This document shows, piece by piece, positions 1-10,737 of a stretch of 48,620 bases of DNA (positions are counted from its first letter, which is position 1; each line of letters begins with the position of its first letter). Location of the stretch: NCBI GenBank assembly GCA_016290145.1, contig JAEESX010000003.1:1-48620 (forward strand). Direction: 5' to 3'. Below the pieces are notes generated by a model. That model searched no databases and was not told the DNA's origin. It saw only the letters and a program-made list of their open reading frames with translations. A program made the position numbers and the translations under genes. The DNA comes from Bacillales bacterium (GTDB taxonomy: Bacteria; Bacillota_I; Bacilli_A; RFN20; CAG-826).

Positions 1-1
1 T

Positions 2-1189
2 GTGTGGTTAGAGAGTGTTTCTAACGATTACATCCAAGAGCTAAGAATCACACCAGATGTCGATAACAGTGAAATTAGAATCAATGTTATTAGTGACGCT
101 CCTGGAGCCACAATTAAAATCTTTGGAAAAGAAAAAGCGATTCCTACAAATGAAGAAGTAGCCTATCACGTTGATAATCCACATCTCTGGTCACCAGAAG
201 ATCCATTCTTATATCGCTTTAGCGTGAAAACAAAAGGTGATGAAGTAACATCGTATTTTGCGATGAGAAAAGTCTCTACGATGATGCATAACGGACACAA
301 GGTAATTGCCTTAAATAACAAGCCTTATTTCATGAAAGGTGTTCTTGACCAAGGTTACTATAAAAGTGGCTTGTATACGCCAGAATCCTACCAGGATTAC
401 GTTGCTGACTTAGGTCTAATCAAATCCTTAGGATTTAATACAGTTAGAAAGCACATCAAGATTGAAATGCCACGTTGGTATTACGAGTGTGATCGTATGG
501 GCCTATTAGTGTGGCAAGACTTCATTAATGGAGGCGGAAAATACAAAGGTTCAATTGTCTTAAAACCACTTATCACTGGTAAGCACAAAAAAGATAACCG
601 CTATTCCGCATTTGGTAGAAATGATATGGAGGGCCGTATCGAAGCCAAGCAAGAATTCCGTGATATTATCAATTACTTATATAACACTCCATCAATTGTC
701 TTATGGACAATCTTCAATGAAGGCTGGGGACAATTCGATGCAAAAGATATCTACTATGGTCTAAGAGATTTAGATAAAACTAGATTATTTGACCACGCTT
801 CTGGTTGGCATGACCAAGGTGTTAGTGATGTTAAATCATTACATGTCTATTTCAAAAAAGTGAAAATACCAAGTCATAGCAAAATCAAAAACCGTGCGGT
901 TGTTGTCTCTGAATTCGGTGGACTCGTTTTACCAATTAAAGACCACATGAGAAAAGGCAAACAAACCTATAAGGTCTACAAGAATACAGACAAATGGTTA
1001 GATGCCTATGAGAAGATGATTGATAGAGATATTATCAAGAACATCCGTAAAGGATTAACCGCTTCCATCTACACACAATTAAGTGACGTTGAAGATGAAT
1101 TAAACGGCTTTGTAACATTTGATAGACAAGTTGTTAAATGCAGTGTTGAGAAAATAAAAGCCATCAACGACAAAATCAAATTTGAATAA
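2..1189 (+). CDS. Glycoside hydrolase family 2 (beta-galactosidase/glucuronidase-like), 5' truncated by window edge
   Basis: Motifs LDQGY, RKHIK-E-RWYY-CD-GL-VWQD, WTIFNEGWGQF (acid/base NE), SEFGG (nucleophile), YTQLSDVEDE-NG. Confidence 0.9.
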   Translation: MWLESVSNDYIQELRITPDVDNSEIRINVISDAPGATIKIFGKEKAIPTNEEVAYHVDNPHLWSPEDPFLYRFSVKTKGDEVTSYFAMRKVSTMMHNGHKVIALNNKPYFMKGVLDQGYYKSGLYTPESYQDYVADLGLIKSLGFNTVRKHIKIEMPRWYYECDRMGLLVWQDFINGGGKYKGSIVLKPLITGKHKKDNRYSAFGRNDMEGRIEAKQEFRDIINYLYNTPSIVLWTIFNEGWGQFDAKDIYYGLRDLDKTRLFDHASGWHDQGVSDVKSLHVYFKKVKIPSHSKIKNRAVVVSEFGGLVLPIKDHMRKGKQTYKVYKNTDKWLDAYEKMIDRDIIKNIRKGLTASIYTQLSDVEDELNGFVTFDRQVVKCSVEKIKAINDKIKFE

Positions 1190-1190
1190 G

Positions 1191-1220
1191 AAAAAACCAA
1201 CTCGATTGAGTTGGTTTTAT
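1191..1220. terminator. Bidirectional intrinsic terminator
   Basis: AAAACCAACTC-gatt-GAGTTGGTTTT between convergent genes. Confidence 0.85.
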
Positions 1221-1238
1221 TTATAAATAAATACTGTT

Positions 1239-1922
1239 TTAGAATTTAACGTTTTCAAGAACCATAACTACTGGAATCATAATTGTCGCAATAGCCATAG
1301 CGGTAATTGGTGAATAAATAACTTTCTTCACGCCTTCCATGTTCCAGGAGAACTTTTCGGATAATTTGATTAATCCAAAGATTGCTGCACCAATTGCGAA
1401 TGTATAAAGAATAGCAACGCAGTTATAAGTGAAAACATATTTTGTAATATCATCAACCACTTTTTGTTGTGTGAGCTCTGGTGTATTAGATAAGCGGTAG
1501 AAAGTTGTTAATAATAAGTAAGATGTACTAGCAAGAATGAAGATGCCTAAACCTGCAAAGGAAATGACTTTCTTTGGACGGATGGCCAATAACGCCAAGC
1601 TCATAGTAGCGGCTTCAACTAACATATATAGCGCTGGTTCTAATTTGCTTCTAAAGATAAGCGCGCTAATTAATTTGATACCACTAGCAAGAATTCCCAT
1701 ATAGATAACACTTCTCGCGGCACCAGTCTTCTTATAACAACCACCCATTAAAAAATAAGCAATTGGCAATAAGACGGTTGTAGAAGAGAAGAAGAGTTTT
1801 CTTGTTCCGTGTACCCACTCCATGTGAAGAACATTGCCTATAGAGGCTTCAACTAATCCCCAAAGACCGCCAAAAAGCAAGACAGCAAATAAGATGACTA
1901 AATGTTTGTTTTGTACTTTCAT
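1239..1922 (-). CDS. Multi-pass membrane protein (possible ECF S-component-like transporter)
   Basis: About 6-7 hydrophobic segments, FGGLWGLVEASIGNVLH motif; start moved to ATG 1922 because a GAGAGG RBS lies just upstream. Confidence 0.65.
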   Translation of the reverse strand: MKVQNKHLVILFAVLLFGGLWGLVEASIGNVLHMEWVHGTRKLFFSSTTVLLPIAYFLMGGCYKKTGAARSVIYMGILASGIKLISALIFRSKLEPALYMLVEAATMSLALLAIRPKKVISFAGLGIFILASTSYLLLTTFYRLSNTPELTQQKVVDDITKYVFTYNCVAILYTFAIGAAIFGLIKLSEKFSWNMEGVKKVIYSPITAMAIATIMIPVVMVLENVKF

Positions 1923-2064
1923 TATTTTGTACCTCTCAACATTCAATATTTTACATAAAAAATTACTTTGTAAAAACGGAAAAATAAGGGTCGCGCACGC
2001 AGTCATTAACCTTGAATGACGCGCACGTATGAAAAATATTTAAAAAACCCTCAGGTGAGGATTT

Positions 2065-2403
2065 TTATTTTATGTGTTTTAGTCTTTCTTCTATTAGCTC
2101 TAGTCTTTCTTCAAGATCTTTGTGCTCTTCTATTGCCCATGAGGCATATTTATATAGCTTCCAAGTAATCACCGCGGAAACAATTAACGGAATCTCAAGT
2201 GTGAATAACCAGAAATATGTAGGACTAACTTTAGCTCCAACTATGAATGTTGCTATAACATCACCAATAATGGAGAGAATTATTAAGATAAGACTCAACA
2301 TTAAAAGACCGGATTGCAAACTGAAGTAACTCTTAGTCCCCTCAAATAATGTGGCATTTGCTGTTCTTTTGATATCGTTTGGATCCTCATAAAAATTTGC
2401 CAT
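2065..2403 (-). CDS. Small hypothetical membrane protein (2 TM plus C-terminal coiled coil)
   Basis: ORF with AAGGGG RBS, directly downstream of the ROK kinase. Confidence 0.7.
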   Translation of the reverse strand: MANFYEDPNDIKRTANATLFEGTKSYFSLQSGLLMLSLILIILSIIGDVIATFIVGAKVSPTYFWLFTLEIPLIVSAVITWKLYKYASWAIEEHKDLEERLELIEERLKHIK

Positions 2404-2429
2404 AAATTTGTCCCCTTTAATGATTTGTT

Positions 2430-3374
2430 TTAGAAGAATAATGCTGCGGCACCAATCTTGCCGGAATCGTATCCAAGTTCGGACACCAATAATTCAACTT
2501 TTGGTGTTCCTTGGAAACCGTAATTATATAATTCGAAATACTTTCTTAATCTTGATAAGAGGTATTCGCCTTCATTTGCAACACCGCCAGAAAGAATCAA
2601 TGCTTCTGGTCTAAAGATATTGAAATAGTTAAGTAATCCTTCACCAAGATACTTCACATAGTTTTCCACTAATTGATGACCAACTTCATCACCCAATCTA
2701 TCAGCTTCAAAAGCAACACGTGCATCAACCTTACCTAACTTTTCAGCGACTTCCCAACACTTAGATTCTTTGTGTTGTTCCATTGCGCGTTTGGTATCTC
2801 TAATTAATGCGGTCGCAGATGCATATGCTTCAAAGCAACCTTTTCTACCACATGAACATTGTTCGCCATCCATCACTAATACGGAGTGGCCAAGTTCAGC
2901 GCCTTTACCTAAGTTGCCTTCAAATAATTTGCCATCGATAACGATGCCACCGCCAACGCCTGTGCCTAAGGTGATCATGATGATGTTTTTATATTTCTTA
3001 CCGGAACCAAATTTAGCTTCACCTAATGCTGCAGCGTTCGCATCATTTGTGATTCTCACTTTTAGTCCAGTACCTTTTTCTAGCATTTCCACGATTGGTA
3101 AATCAAACCATCTAAGATTATTGGAATAAGTAACAATACCAGTTTTAGTGTCCATAACACCTGGCACACCACAACCGATACCTAAGATTTCTTCTTTTTT
3201 AAAACCTTGTTCTTTAATATATTTATTTACTGCATCAATTAATTTATTAATTGTGGCTTCTTGAGTATCTGCTTTATCTACAGGCATAGAAAAGACTTCT
3301 AAGACCTTACCTTCTTTTGTGATTCCTGCGCCTTTAATGGAGGTACCACCAATATCAATTCCAATCGCTATCAT
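2430..3374 (-). CDS. glcK: ROK family sugar kinase (glucokinase)
   Basis: GIDIGGT, NDANAAALGE, TLGTGVGGG, ELGH, CSCGRKGCFEAYAS. Confidence 0.92.
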   Translation of the reverse strand: MIAIGIDIGGTSIKGAGITKEGKVLEVFSMPVDKADTQEATINKLIDAVNKYIKEQGFKKEEILGIGCGVPGVMDTKTGIVTYSNNLRWFDLPIVEMLEKGTGLKVRITNDANAAALGEAKFGSGKKYKNIIMITLGTGVGGGIVIDGKLFEGNLGKGAELGHSVLVMDGEQCSCGRKGCFEAYASATALIRDTKRAMEQHKESKCWEVAEKLGKVDARVAFEADRLGDEVGHQLVENYVKYLGEGLLNYFNIFRPEALILSGGVANEGEYLLSRLRKYFELYNYGFQGTPKVELLVSELGYDSGKIGAAALFF

Positions 3375-3463
3375 AGTTAATTACCTTCGCTAAATATCAT
3401 TATAGTTTTGTATTAAACAAACAAAAAGAAAAAGCTATCCAATTTGAATAGCTTAATCATCTT

Positions 3464-4267
3464 TTATTTTTCTTCGCCTAAGTAGGCAATTGGTGATTTA
3501 CCAAAATATTTTTTAAATTCATTAGAGAAGTGAAGTTGGTTTGGATATCCCACTGCTTCCGCGACATCTTTGACTTTCATCTTGCCGCTTTGTAATAAAG
3601 ACATAGCTTGAGTCATTCTTGTTTTTGTTAGATATCTCTTTGTGGTCATGTTCTCTTCTTTTTGGAAGATTGCGGACAAGTAGTTAGGTGTCACATTTGC
3701 GTTTTTCGCGATATCTTCAATTGTGATATCTGTGCGGTAGTTATTTTTAATAAAGTCTTTCGCTAATTGCACTGTCACTGATGTCTTTGACATCGTTTGG
3801 TCACCGGACTTTTCATAAATCATTTCGCCAAATAATTGATATAAAGCACCTAATGATGAAATATCAGAATAACCATTATTTACATATCTTTTAACAATCG
3901 CGTTGAAGTATTGACGATATGTTTTATTTCTATCAATAACAATTGGATGATCCGCGGATAATCCTAATTCATCTAAATATGAATCCACTCTTGAACCGGT
4001 AAAGCCAACCCATTCATAAACCCATGGATCATCTTTATCTGGATAATAGAATGCATCAACGTGTGCAGGAATAAAGAAAACGGACCCCTTTGTTAAACGA
4101 TATTCCTTTTTATTGATTTGTAATGTTCCTTTGCCTAATAAAACATAATGGAAAAGATGAAAATCTCTTTGTCCTAAACAGACAACTTTGTTCTTAACAC
4201 ATTCTTCTTTGCCGCATTCTGAAATTGCTAATTCAACATAATCTGCAGCGTTAATAAAACTCTTCAT
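3464..4267 (-). CDS. AraC family transcriptional regulator
   Basis: N-terminal cupin-like sensor and C-terminal HTH (DVAEAVGY...HFSNEFKKYFGKSP); probable start at MKSF. Confidence 0.92.
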   Translation of the reverse strand: MKSFINAADYVELAISECGKEECVKNKVVCLGQRDFHLFHYVLLGKGTLQINKKEYRLTKGSVFFIPAHVDAFYYPDKDDPWVYEWVGFTGSRVDSYLDELGLSADHPIVIDRNKTYRQYFNAIVKRYVNNGYSDISSLGALYQLFGEMIYEKSGDQTMSKTSVTVQLAKDFIKNNYRTDITIEDIAKNANVTPNYLSAIFQKEENMTTKRYLTKTRMTQAMSLLQSGKMKVKDVAEAVGYPNQLHFSNEFKKYFGKSPIAYLGEEK

Positions 4268-4539
4268 ATTGTAAAACCCCCTAAGCAACAATAATGAGAA
4301 ACTATTTTTTGCTTGCGAGATAAATATAACACGATATGTAAAAAAATAAACTTATGAATATACAAAAAAATATGATTTTTTATATAAAAATATAAATATT
4401 TTTAGATTTTTCAATATTATGTAAATATATTATGATTTATAACTTAAAATCGTTTTAGGTTATATGCTTTTTTAAATTGCTTAAATAAATATTTAATACA
4501 CCTTTACGAAAAAAAGCGCATAATAGCACTCGTGCTCTT

Positions 4540-5829
4540 ATGATCCCAACAATTATTATTTCTAGCATTACATTCATATCCGTCACACTATCAATCCTCT
4601 TCTTCCCAAAGATTAAGATTGGTAAGTTTTCCATATCCACTTATTGGTTAATTGCTTTAACTGGCGCGATTATTCTTTTAGTTACCGGGTTAGCACCAAT
4701 CAAAGAAGTTTGGTCTGAACTAACAAGTAACACCACGATTAACCCAATTAAAATTATTATCTTGTTCTTTTCTATGACTTGTTTATCCATCTTTTTAGAT
4801 GAAGTTGGTCTATTTAAATTCTTAGCGAATTTTGCCGCGAAAAAAGCGAAGAATAATCAGTTTGCTTTATTCACTATTTTCTATCTATTAACCGCAACAT
4901 TAACTATATTCACATCTAACGATATTGTGATTCTTACATTCACACCATTTATTTGCTTCTTTTGCAAGAATTCAAAGATTAATCCAATCCCATATCTAGT
5001 TGCGGAATTCTCTGCGGCTAATACATGGTCATTAATGTTAATTATCGGTAACCCCACAAATATATATTTAGCGACATCCGCAAATATTGGTTTCTTTGAT
5101 TATTTCAAAATCATGGCGTTACCAACACTATGTGCAGGATTAATTGAGTATGGTGTTTTGTTATTAGTCTTCTTTAGAAAACTCAAAACTCCACTTCAAA
5201 TTGTGGATGAAGAAGTTCATATCGAAAACAAGGTTGCTTTGTTCGTCGGACTAGGTCATTTACTAATTTGTTTAGTATTTTTGATTATCTCTAGTTATAT
5301 CCATGTCGAAATGTGGTTAATTTCCCTCATTTGTGCCACTTCCTTGCTTGTATTTACTTTAGTAATGTGTTTAGTCACCAAAAAGAATTGGACCTATCTA
5401 ACAGGCTCTTTAAAGAAACTACCTTATCCACTTATTCCGTTCTTCTTATCAATGTTTGTCGTGGTTGTGGCAATTAACTATCAAGGGATATCCGAAAAAC
5501 TCGCAGAATTCTTAAGTCACACAAATACAATTTGGACTTATGGTTTCTCTAGTTTCTTTGTCTCTAACTTAATCAACAATATTCCAATGAGTATTCTTTA
5601 CTCCGATATGTGTAATAACAATATGGCGGTCTATGCCTCAATCGTTGGTAGTAACATTGGTGCCTTCTTAACACCTACCGGCGCTCTTGCGGGTATTATG
5701 TTCACCAATCTTGTTAATGAACATCAAACCAAATATTCATTCTTAGATTTCATCAAGTATGGCGCGGTTATATCATTACCGATTATCGCTGTCGCGTTAT
5801 TAACACTAACGTTATCAATAACTTTCTAA
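4540..5829 (+). CDS. ArsB/NhaD (IT superfamily) anion permease
   Basis: About 11 TM; FTSNDIVILTFTP, IIGNPTN, SNLINNIP, GSNIGAFLTPTGALAG. Confidence 0.85.
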   Translation: MIPTIIISSITFISVTLSILFFPKIKIGKFSISTYWLIALTGAIILLVTGLAPIKEVWSELTSNTTINPIKIIILFFSMTCLSIFLDEVGLFKFLANFAAKKAKNNQFALFTIFYLLTATLTIFTSNDIVILTFTPFICFFCKNSKINPIPYLVAEFSAANTWSLMLIIGNPTNIYLATSANIGFFDYFKIMALPTLCAGLIEYGVLLLVFFRKLKTPLQIVDEEVHIENKVALFVGLGHLLICLVFLIISSYIHVEMWLISLICATSLLVFTLVMCLVTKKNWTYLTGSLKKLPYPLIPFFLSMFVVVVAINYQGISEKLAEFLSHTNTIWTYGFSSFFVSNLINNIPMSILYSDMCNNNMAVYASIVGSNIGAFLTPTGALAGIMFTNLVNEHQTKYSFLDFIKYGAVISLPIIAVALLTLTLSITF

Positions 5830-5832
5830 AAG

Positions 5833-5862
5833 AAAAACCACCAAAGCGGTGGTTATTTTTTT
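5833..5862. terminator. Intrinsic terminator between convergent genes
   Basis: AACCACC-aaagc-GGTGGTT with A and T flanks. Confidence 0.7.
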
Positions 5863-6890
5863 AACTTTTCCCATTCACTTCGCGTGATGCGATAGACCCT
5901 GCATTCTTCTCCATCTTTAGTGACGTAATTATGGAGATATGTCATGCCATTCGCTTCAGCGGTTTTATAAGAAGGTTCGTTATTAACATCCATATAGGAA
6001 TAGACTTCATTATCTTCGAAATGAGTGAAGAAATAATCTCTTACAGCTTGTGTCATTTCTTTGCCGATACCTTGGCGATGATATTTCTTATTTAAGTGAT
6101 AACCAATTTCTGGTCTTAACTCATCATCAATCATTTGCATAGAAACACCACAGTCACCAATCATTTGTCCAGTTTCTTTTAGAATTACTGACCAAAGAGA
6201 GAATTTTCTTTTAGCCTGGCTAGCTTTACACCAATCAATCCACTTCTGGACACCCGCCTCATCATATGGTGCGGCGTAATATTTCATTGTTTCAGGATCG
6301 GAGATAACCGCTTGTAATGATTTATAATCAGAGTCCGACATCGGTCTAAGAACTAATCTATCTGTTTCAAGTATTCTACTTAGTTCGTAGTAGTTAATAT
6401 CAACAAGTTGATCTTGTTTAATTTCTTGTTTAACTCCCACGAATTGGAAACCGTTCTTTTGAATAACTCTATTACTTCCGATATTTGGAACTTCTGCACG
6501 AATCATTATTTTCTCAAAACCTACCGTGAATAAATAATCTTTAAAAGCGCTGAATACTTCAGTCATGATGCCTTTGTTCCAGCATTTCTTTGCCATGCAA
6601 TAACCAACTTCTGGAACGCCATCAATGTATTTCACAACATCAATACCGCCGACAAGTTCGCCACTTTCTTTTAGTGTGATTCCATATCTAATTGTTGTGG
6701 GGTCTTGATATTGATTTACCCAACTTTGAATAATGCTTCTAGTGACTTCAATATTCTCATGAATTGGCCAGGTTAAGTATTTAACAACTTCAGGATCGCT
6801 AGCCCAATTAGAAAACATTTCATACTCGTCACCGAGTTTGAATTCTCTAAGAATCAATCTTTCAGTTTCTATCGTACTTTTTCTTTTCAT
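5853..6890 (-). CDS. Tandem two-domain GNAT N-acetyltransferase (RimJ/RimL-like)
   Basis: Two ETERLILR/ETDRLVLR starts, each followed by EVGY/EIGY and NxxS motifs. Confidence 0.88.
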   Translation of the reverse strand: MKRKSTIETERLILREFKLGDEYEMFSNWASDPEVVKYLTWPIHENIEVTRSIIQSWVNQYQDPTTIRYGITLKESGELVGGIDVVKYIDGVPEVGYCMAKKCWNKGIMTEVFSAFKDYLFTVGFEKIMIRAEVPNIGSNRVIQKNGFQFVGVKQEIKQDQLVDINYYELSRILETDRLVLRPMSDSDYKSLQAVISDPETMKYYAAPYDEAGVQKWIDWCKASQAKRKFSLWSVILKETGQMIGDCGVSMQMIDDELRPEIGYHLNKKYHRQGIGKEMTQAVRDYFFTHFEDNEVYSYMDVNNEPSYKTAEANGMTYLHNYVTKDGEECRVYRITRSEWEKLKK

Positions 6891-6953
6891 AACTGCTTTT
6901 ATTATACAAAAAAAGATCCCCAAAGAAATGGGGATCCCTACTATGAGATTTAA

Positions 6954-8441
6954 TTAGGAGTTTTGTGATGCTTTTTTGTTGCTAATCACTTTGTCTCCAA
7001 AGTATCCGAGTAGTAATGATTTGAGGTCAATGCCTAATGTCTTATTCAAACCTGCGAAGATTTGATCACCGTGTTGTTGAATCTCACTGACGAGTTTGGC
7101 TTCATTGCCTTCACCATACATTGTAATACCATCGATTTGTGCAAGGGCGGCAGCGATTGGTTCACTGTAGGCTCTGACTGTTTCTGGTAAGACATTGGAT
7201 TCAAGGATGAGTTTGAGTGTGGCGGCATCATTGTAGGATTTCATGGCATCGGCTTTTGCTTTGATGGCATCTGCTTCTGCTTGGCCTTTTGCTTCAATGC
7301 CTTTGGCTTCTGCTAATGCAGCTTCCTTATTGGCATCTGCTTCCACTCTAACGGCGGTTGCGCCTTCTTCACGTGCTTTTCTTTCCGCTTCAGCGGCCAC
7401 TCTCTTAATCTCTGCTTTTCTTTGTGCTTCGATGAGTTCGGCTTCTGCGGCGGCTTTTCTCTTGAATAATTCTGCTTCGGCAGCTTTCTCTGCGGCGTAT
7501 TTTTCCGCATCGGCTTTCTTATTGATTTGAGCAGCTAATTTCTTCTCTGCTAATTCAACTTCTTTGTTGCCGAGTTCGACTTCGCGTTCTCTCTTGGAGA
7601 TTTCCGCATTGGTTGTTGCGACATTGATTTCTTCTTGTCTCTTTTGTTCTTGGATCTTGTATGCTGCATCAGCATCCGCTTTTGCGGTGTCTGTTTGGAT
7701 CTTTAATGATGCTTCTTTTAACGCATACTCAGTATTCTTTTGAACAATAATTGTCTTGGAATTAACTTCGGCTTCGTTGGCATCTTGCGCAGCTTTTGCT
7801 CTTGCGATGCTTACATCTCTTTCAGCGTTTGCTTTGGCAATCGCTGCTTCTTTGCTGATTTGAGAGATGTTATCAATACCGAGGTTTTCAATAACATTAT
7901 TTCTGTCTGAGAAATTTTGAATATTGAAGTTAACTAGTTCGATGCCTAGTTTTCCCATGTCTGGAATGACATTTTCTTGAACCTTTGTGGCAACACCTTT
8001 TCTATCTTGGACGAGTTCGCGGATACCAACGGTACCAACGATTTCTCTCATATTGCCTTCAAGAACTTGTTTGACCTGTTCGATGAGGTCTTCTTGGCTC
8101 ATTCCTAATGTGGCTTCAAACGCTCTTTCAAGGAGTTCTGGATCGCTGCTAATCTTAAGATTTGCGACACCATCCACGTTAATGTTGATAAATTCATGTG
8201 TTGGGATTGGCTCGCGTGTCTTAATGTCAACTTGGAACACTTTGAGTGAAAGACGATCTTTTCTTTGTAAGAATGGGAGTCGCCAACCAGCTTTGCCTCT
8301 TAATATTTTTCTCTTTCCTAATCCAGAGATCATAATTGCTTCGTCTGGACCAGCTTTTGTGTAGGAGCAGAGTAAGAAAACTATTAATAAAACTAACACT
8401 GCTACACCGATAAGAATCCAAATCCATAAATACTTCAACAT
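6954..8441 (-). CDS. Flotillin / SPFH-domain membrane scaffold protein
   Basis: N-terminal TM, SPFH domain (VLEGNMREIVG, NFNIQN), long EA-rich coiled coil. Confidence 0.92.
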   Translation of the reverse strand: MLKYLWIWILIGVAVLVLLIVFLLCSYTKAGPDEAIMISGLGKRKILRGKAGWRLPFLQRKDRLSLKVFQVDIKTREPIPTHEFININVDGVANLKISSDPELLERAFEATLGMSQEDLIEQVKQVLEGNMREIVGTVGIRELVQDRKGVATKVQENVIPDMGKLGIELVNFNIQNFSDRNNVIENLGIDNISQISKEAAIAKANAERDVSIARAKAAQDANEAEVNSKTIIVQKNTEYALKEASLKIQTDTAKADADAAYKIQEQKRQEEINVATTNAEISKREREVELGNKEVELAEKKLAAQINKKADAEKYAAEKAAEAELFKRKAAAEAELIEAQRKAEIKRVAAEAERKAREEGATAVRVEADANKEAALAEAKGIEAKGQAEADAIKAKADAMKSYNDAATLKLILESNVLPETVRAYSEPIAAALAQIDGITMYGEGNEAKLVSEIQQHGDQIFAGLNKTLGIDLKSLLLGYFGDKVISNKKASQNS

Positions 8442-8515
8442 AAACTTTTCCTCCTTCTTTCAAAATTTTTATTTGGTATTTAGGGCCATTTCTTTAACCC
8501 CTTACAGAAATGCTG

Positions 8516-8887
8516 TTACTTTTGTCCCCCTTGAATGAGAATTGTTAATACATTCGCCTCAGGATCCCAGCTTGTTTCGAACTGGACGGGGACTTTAGAT
8601 AAATTGAGATTGAGAGCCTCTCCGATTTGCTTCATTAATGTGGTAGAAGAGATTCTCGCGAAACTTTTGTTTCTCTCTAATTTCAATAGACAACTTTCGT
8701 CTAAATCACCTGATTCCACGACTGCTTTGGTCAGTGGTTGGATAACGATATTGCTGTTATCATCTAAACCCACTTGAACCTTGTATGCATCTTCGAACGG
8801 ATACATAGCGGTCGTATTTAATGTGATGTTATTTGAATAGAGAGATGCAACGCCATTTTTGGCTTTAACATTGAACCATTTGATCAT
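8516..8887 (-). CDS. Hypothetical cytoplasmic protein
   Basis: ORF with AAAGGAG RBS before MIKWFN. Confidence 0.7.
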   Translation of the reverse strand: MIKWFNVKAKNGVASLYSNNITLNTTAMYPFEDAYKVQVGLDDNSNIVIQPLTKAVVESGDLDESCLLKLERNKSFARISSTTLMKQIGEALNLNLSKVPVQFETSWDPEANVLTILIQGGQK

Positions 8888-9195
8888 AGGTTTTTCTCCT
8901 TTCAACATTATTATACATATTTATACATAGGCATACAAATAAAATCGAAAAAATCGTATTTGGCCATATTTTTCTTGGTATAATCACATATTATTTAATC
9001 CTTATTTAAATATATAAAAAGAATGCTTTATTTATAATAGCAGGAAATATTGTAAGAAATTCAATTTTAATGTATTGATGTGTATTTGATGTTAATTGGG
9101 TTGATAATCCACTACTGATTTGCTTCTGAACCCTAGGAAGTTTGTCAAAATTTCAAAAATTATATATAATAGCCGCAACATAAAAGGGGGGCCAT

Positions 9196-10542
9196 ATGAA
9201 AATATCCATTAGGAAAAAGATTTTCTTTGCTATCGGTTTTGCTGCGCTTCCAATTATTATTGTGCAGACTGCTTTTCTTGGTGCTCATTTAAAAGTTAGT
9301 AAGGCCTCTGCTTATGAAACTATTTTAAACGCTAATAATGCTCCAGTACTCACAAATGGGGAAGGTAGCATGACTGATGATAAGAATGTTACTTGGGTAT
9401 ATCACAATGCAAGCGCTTTAAATGATGGCCACATTAGTCTAAGCCACCAAGGATATTTTGGTATTAGCGCCTCCACCGAATGGGGTTATGGCGGTATCAG
9501 TGGCATTACCGCAAACTTTACTGCAGGTGAAAACGGCGAACTTTGGTTGTTATCATCTCTTGATGGTATTGACTGGAGTGAAGTTGGAAAATTAGCAACT
9601 GGAGTTGAAACCATCAATGCGAATAGATGGAACTTCATCCGCTTCTATGCTTATGACACAAGTAATACCTTAGTGAATGTTAATTCCGTCACCATTAACT
9701 ATGAATGTAATGGCGAAGATCCAGATGAAGATACTGACTTAGCTAAGATTGAAAACCTCAGAAAACACGATGCAACAAACGTTAGTGTTGAAACACAAAA
9801 TGTTTCTCCGAGAGGTCATAGCACTAAAGCTTTAAGATTGACTTCCACTAACGGAAGAAGCACAAATAACCACGAAACAATCTTTAATATCGAGCCAACC
9901 ACTTTAGGCAAGATTAAACATATGAAAGTAGAGTTCGACTACTACTATGCTGAAAAGAGAGATCCTAAGAAAGCACCTGGTTATCCAACTTCCGCGATGG
10001 CTAATGCTAATGGAGCTTTCGGAAACGAAAAGACAATCGCTGAAGCAAAAGGTTTCACTTATGAAGATATCGGTGGCGGTTGGTGGCACATGGAATGCTA
10101 CGTTAATGCTTATCTCCAATTATCAGAAAATGCATTAAGTACTTCTGTAACAGGTATTGTTATTAAAGATAACGCTATTTATACCCATGACACCTCAGCG
10201 GGTGAAAAAGTCGGATTCATTATTATCGATAACTTAAGAATGACTTGTTATGGTAATTCCGCGATTATCGTTAACGCCTGGGATAAAGTAACAATCGGTG
10301 GTACTGGCGATCAAAAATACTTCATTAGAGAATGCGTTTGTGGCACCATTAACAGCGTGTCTTATGTAATCTCAGATGAAACATATGGAACACTCTATAT
10401 GGGTCAAAAGAACAACAATGGCAACAATATTTGTTATATCAATCCAATAACGCCAGGTGATGTTGTTGTGACCATCACATATAACCTCGGATACCTACAC
10501 GAAACAGTCGTAGCACATACGGTTACGTTACATGTTCAATAA
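9196..10542 (+). CDS. Secreted beta-rich protein, paralog A of a local family
   Basis: Signal or anchor peptide, AAGGGGG RBS; N-terminal domain shared with 10738 and 21385. Confidence 0.85.
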   Translation: MKISIRKKIFFAIGFAALPIIIVQTAFLGAHLKVSKASAYETILNANNAPVLTNGEGSMTDDKNVTWVYHNASALNDGHISLSHQGYFGISASTEWGYGGISGITANFTAGENGELWLLSSLDGIDWSEVGKLATGVETINANRWNFIRFYAYDTSNTLVNVNSVTINYECNGEDPDEDTDLAKIENLRKHDATNVSVETQNVSPRGHSTKALRLTSTNGRSTNNHETIFNIEPTTLGKIKHMKVEFDYYYAEKRDPKKAPGYPTSAMANANGAFGNEKTIAEAKGFTYEDIGGGWWHMECYVNAYLQLSENALSTSVTGIVIKDNAIYTHDTSAGEKVGFIIIDNLRMTCYGNSAIIVNAWDKVTIGGTGDQKYFIRECVCGTINSVSYVISDETYGTLYMGQKNNNGNNICYINPITPGDVVVTITYNLGYLHETVVAHTVTLHVQ

Positions 10543-10544
10543 CT

Positions 10545-10571
10545 AAAAGCCTCTCAACCGAGAGGTTTTTT
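10545..10571 (+). terminator. Intrinsic terminator
   Basis: GCCTCTC-aacc-GAGAGGT followed by a T run. Confidence 0.8.
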
Positions 10572-10737
10572 AATACATTTTTATATATGATGATTTTGTG
10601 GTGTTTGATTCTTATAGAATCAGACCTATAATAATTTTCAATTTTTTGTCTATCCACTAGTATCTACAACCTACATAATTTGCATAAATTATAAAAAGAG
10701 TTTATAATTCTACACAACTCGCAAAAGAGGGTATTAC

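Noticed and set aside
7046-8463. Multiple alternative-frame and antisense ORFs over flotillin (and similar ones over uvrB, secA, comFA, dnaX)
   Set aside because: Shadows of strongly supported genes with biased codon usage; no RBS or motifs.
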